A DNA stretch of 64,000 nucleotides, taken from assembly GCF_009914755.1 (NCBI RefSeq), contig NC_060929.1. One strand, written 5' to 3'. Made by a program: the position numbers and the translations under genes. Below, piece after piece: positions 60,318 to 64,000 of the stretch. Position 1 is the stretch's first letter. The number at the start of each line of letters is the position of its first letter. Source of the DNA: the human T2T-CHM13v2.0 reference genome, Homo sapiens. The notes beneath the pieces were generated by a model that had not been told where the DNA came from, ran no database searches, and saw only the letters and a program-made list of their open reading frames with translations.

Positions 60318-61879
60318 TGAGGTAAGAATATACATATTTTTTGTATATGAATGCTCACTAATTATTTTTAAAAGCCAGCTTCTCCCTAACTGTACTTATT
60401 TGCAAATCTGTTATAAAAATGACCATATGTGTGAGATTCTTTTTCTGTATTGTCTATTCTGTTCCATTGGTTTATTGTCCATCATTGCACCAATTTCAGA
60501 CTGTTTTTATTACTATAACTTTATAAAATGCTTGATATTTAATGTGATAAATATGCCATAACTGTTTATCCCCTGAGATTACCATTTTTTTTTTTGACCC
60601 TTTTGCATTTGATGTAAATTTTTCAATCAACATTTACATTAGTCCAAAATAAATGTGTAGATTGATTGGGCAGAATTGACACAAAAACTACAAAACAGTA
60701 TTGAGATATTTGATCCATGAACATCTTATGTTCTCCATTTTCTTTTGGGAGAATCCTCTGGGCCCACTAAGGGCAAATAGTTTTATCTTTGACTTAACAC
60801 AGGGTCAATCTACTCTAATTTAAGTATTATATTTACATTGTATCAAGGCTGTTCTAGAAATTCAACTTTTGTTAGTGTAAGTCAACATAAAGGACAGTTA
60901 TAATTAAATTTATCTATTTGAGCTAATTATTAAATGTATCAAATGTTATACATTTATCAATTATAATCAACTGATTTAATTAAAATTGATAAATATATGA
61001 AAATTAATATTGTTGACCTAATGTAAAATTAGGTGGTGGCTTCCTTTCTTACGAGGATCCTGAGAATCTACTCCTATTCAAATTCCCTGGGTTTCAGCTG
61101 ATATTAATTGGTCAAAGCCTTACAACCTTGCAAATTATGATACTTAAGCTTTATTTACAAGATATGATTTTATACTTCACTGGTGTGGTATGCTGACTTA
61201 TGAGTCTGTGTACGGGTCAGGAGAGAAGAAGTGGCATTGTGGAGCATAAATAGAACCACAAACTTTCACAAAAATATTTCCTAAAGATATGTCATCACCA
61301 TATTTTGAAGACAACCTAATAAGACACAAAGAAGAGGCTGCTTCTTTGGACAAAGGAGGTTGAGTGGTGTTTTATGGTTCAGTGTACAGCAGCACCCAAA
61401 ATATCTCCATTCTTATTTTCAATGCCCACCTATATGACCAGTTCCCTTTCCTTTATTGGATCTTACTTATTAAAGCTGGAGTTTTCTGTGTTAAAAGACC
61501 AAAGGCTTTATTTTGTCTTTCTTTTCTATTTTACACTTTTCAAGCAACTAGATAGAAAATCTTATGTCCTTAGGGCAAATTGATATTGTTGCTTACTTCT
61601 TTATTGTTCTCTTATACAAAAAGTTATGTAATAACATTTTGGATATAGTTTTCATTTTGTGTTTAGCAAGCAGCTTAAAATTGGAGAGTCTTGAACTTTC
61701 AAGAAAATGACAAGGTCTTGGATAAAATTTTTGCAGAGCTTAACATTGAGGTCTGCAGTAAGATATGCCTTCCAGGTAGTCATTAAATATTTATTGTTCC
61801 TTCAAGCATCATATGGAAGGACAGGTTATAAAGGAGCAAAAGCAAATATTAACTTTATGTACCACCAACAGAAATATTA

Positions 61880-62330
61880 TATATGTATTTAGTAGTACCA
61901 TTTATAATTAAAATAAGATGTAAGATATATGTCAATTGATATTAAAATGTGCAAGATTTTATGGAACATAGTATTAATCCTTATTGAAAGATATTATTAA
62001 CATATAAAAATGGAGACATAGCTCAACAATTTTGATGCAATATTATAAAGCTCTAATTTATTTTTACAAAATACATGTAATTTAAAAGAAAATCTCAAAA
62101 TATTTTTTTTCAGGGAACATGATACCTTGAATCTAAACTTTAATAGCAAAAGTGCAAGAAAGTCCAAGAAAGCTTCAAAGATCAAAGTAGAATATATCCT
62201 AATAGGCGTCCAGACATTTTTAGGTTACTGCATTAAAGGCAGTGTGATACTGGTGCAAGAATATATCAGGAGTTCAAGGGAATAGAAGAGAAAGCTTCCA
62301 AAAAGATTCATCCAAATCTTTGCCATACGA
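61880..62330 (+). mobile_element. Old L1 ORF2 fragment
   Basis: AAAATGTGCAAGATTT...GGCAGTGTGATACTGGTGCAAGAATA. Confidence 0.55.
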
Positions 62331-62439
62331 GCAATGCTATTTATTAAGCTTGAATTTATATAACTATATATATATTTATTTACATAATTTCATATAAATT
62401 GTATTTAATAAATGGTGTTCAATTAATTGATGCTATGAT

Positions 62440-62580
62440 TTAAACGGATTCCCCCAAAATCCTCATATCTGACAAATTAACAGCAAATTCAGTGGTTCTC
62501 ACTACCCCAACATGTTTGATAATTTGCTAGAATGAATCAACCAACTGAAGAATGCACTATACTTACAGTTTTAATATATA
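62440..62580 (-). mobile_element. MER21/MER77-like LTR fragment
   Basis: GTTTGATAATTTGCTAGAATG...CACTATACTTACAGTTT motif. Confidence 0.5.
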
Positions 62581-63399
62581 CCCTCTTCATCTTCTACATA
62601 ATAAATTTTTTTATATGTTATCTAACAAGTATATCCCTCTTCCTCTTTCTTTCCACACTTAGTGGAGTGCTACTAATTTGTATTTTGACTGACTCAAGAA
62701 TGGCAAGTCACTGTTTTGCTCATCAGCTTCATAATTTCATTTTCAACCCAATGTGGGTAACCTGGGTCATGCTGGGCAGCAGCATCAAGTCCTCTTCTGT
62801 TTGTGCCTTTTCCAAGAAAAGAGTAGTAGTCTAACCAAATTCTTTTTTCGTTTCCCTAATCTCCAAATTCTTCTGTGAAAAAGTGGGGACCTGAGTGAAT
62901 TTGTTCCTCTAGAATACAGAAGTGCAGTTTTATACATCAACTGTGTCTCCTACATTGCTCTCAAATTACTTTACTCATTCTGACTCTTCCTAAAATTATT
63001 TTCCTTTTAGCACATTACTCTATTTTCCCAACTCACAGAGAAAATTGAGCCTATCACGTGTAAACTTAATAAGCAAATTCTTTTCCACAGCATGAATGCA
63101 TATCTTCTTTTAACCAATTTAATTTGCTTAATATTTGCCAAATCCTACTGACTGCAGGCAAGTGGCTAAGTCATTATTTGTATTCTGAGTTTTTATGAGT
63201 ATGGCACCAGGTACAAAACGGAAACTGAAAACATTCTGAAAGCATAAATTTCTCCAAATTTCTGTTACACATTTGACTTTCATGGATCTGAGTTGATTCT
63301 ACAGAAAGATCTATGAAGCCCCCATGCCTTAGCTGAACATTATACATATATCATATCATTAACCTCTAACTATATGAATATGGTCAAGATTTGCTTACC

Positions 63400-64000
63400 A
63401 AAAAAAAAAAAAGAAAAAATACATATATACCCATCCACACAAAAGACCAGACTAATGACTATACTTTATACCTATAAAGTATTTCATCGAACAACAATGG
63501 AATACACATTTTCTTAAGCTCATATGGGACATTTATCAAAATCAACCACAAAATACAACTTAAAAATTTTTGAACAAATGAAAACAATACAATGTCTGCT
63601 TCTATAATACAATGGGATTAAGCAAGACATCAGCAACACAAAGATAACTTGAAAATTCCTAAATATGTGGAGATTAAACAACACACTTCTCAATAACACA
63701 TGTACAAGGGATAAATTTTAAGATAAATAAAATATATTTTGAACTAAATGAAATTTGCTTATTTCATTAGAATTTGGGGATACAGTGAAAGCAGAGTTAA
63801 GAGGAAATTTTATATAATTGAGTGCATATAGTATAAAACAGGAAAGATTTAAAAAGTCAATGATCTAAATTTTAACCTTACAAAACTTGAAAAGGAAGAG
63901 CAAATTATATGCGAGTAAGCAGAGGCAAAAAAATAATAAAAATTAGAGCAGATATCAATTAAATTGAAAACAATAAAAAAATTAATGAAACCGTAGCTGC
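63400..64000 (+). mobile_element. Old L1 ORF2 endonuclease-region fragment running off the window
   Basis: GAATACACATTTTCTTAAGCTCATATGG...GTGGAGATTAAACAACACACTTCT...GATACAGTGAAAGCAG. Confidence 0.8.

Overview
AT-rich, CpG-depleted primate (very likely human/great-ape) non-coding DNA, intergenic or deep intronic. I see no credible protein-coding exon, RNA gene or CpG island; the longer or recognisable ORFs fall in Alu, L1 or LTR elements and the rest look like chance ORFs. A large part of the window is interspersed repeat: 19 Alus (J, S, Y), many L1 fragments (old L1M, a deleted L1PA12/13-like element, a young L1PA 3' end), ERV1/ERVL/MaLR LTRs including a two-LTR THE1D-type element, and MER44 and MER58 DNA transposons. 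I found no new gene system. The most notable signals are records of genome dynamics: two adjacent inverted Alus sharing non-consensus variants (probable gene conversion), an L1PA with a 40-bp target-site duplication (TSD), a tail-less internal L1 RT fragment, a four-level nested transposon stack, an LTR12 promoter inside an LTR1, and small templated-insertion scars. Subfamily names come from remembered consensus sequences and need RepeatMasker/Dfam confirmation; boundaries of old elements are approximate.
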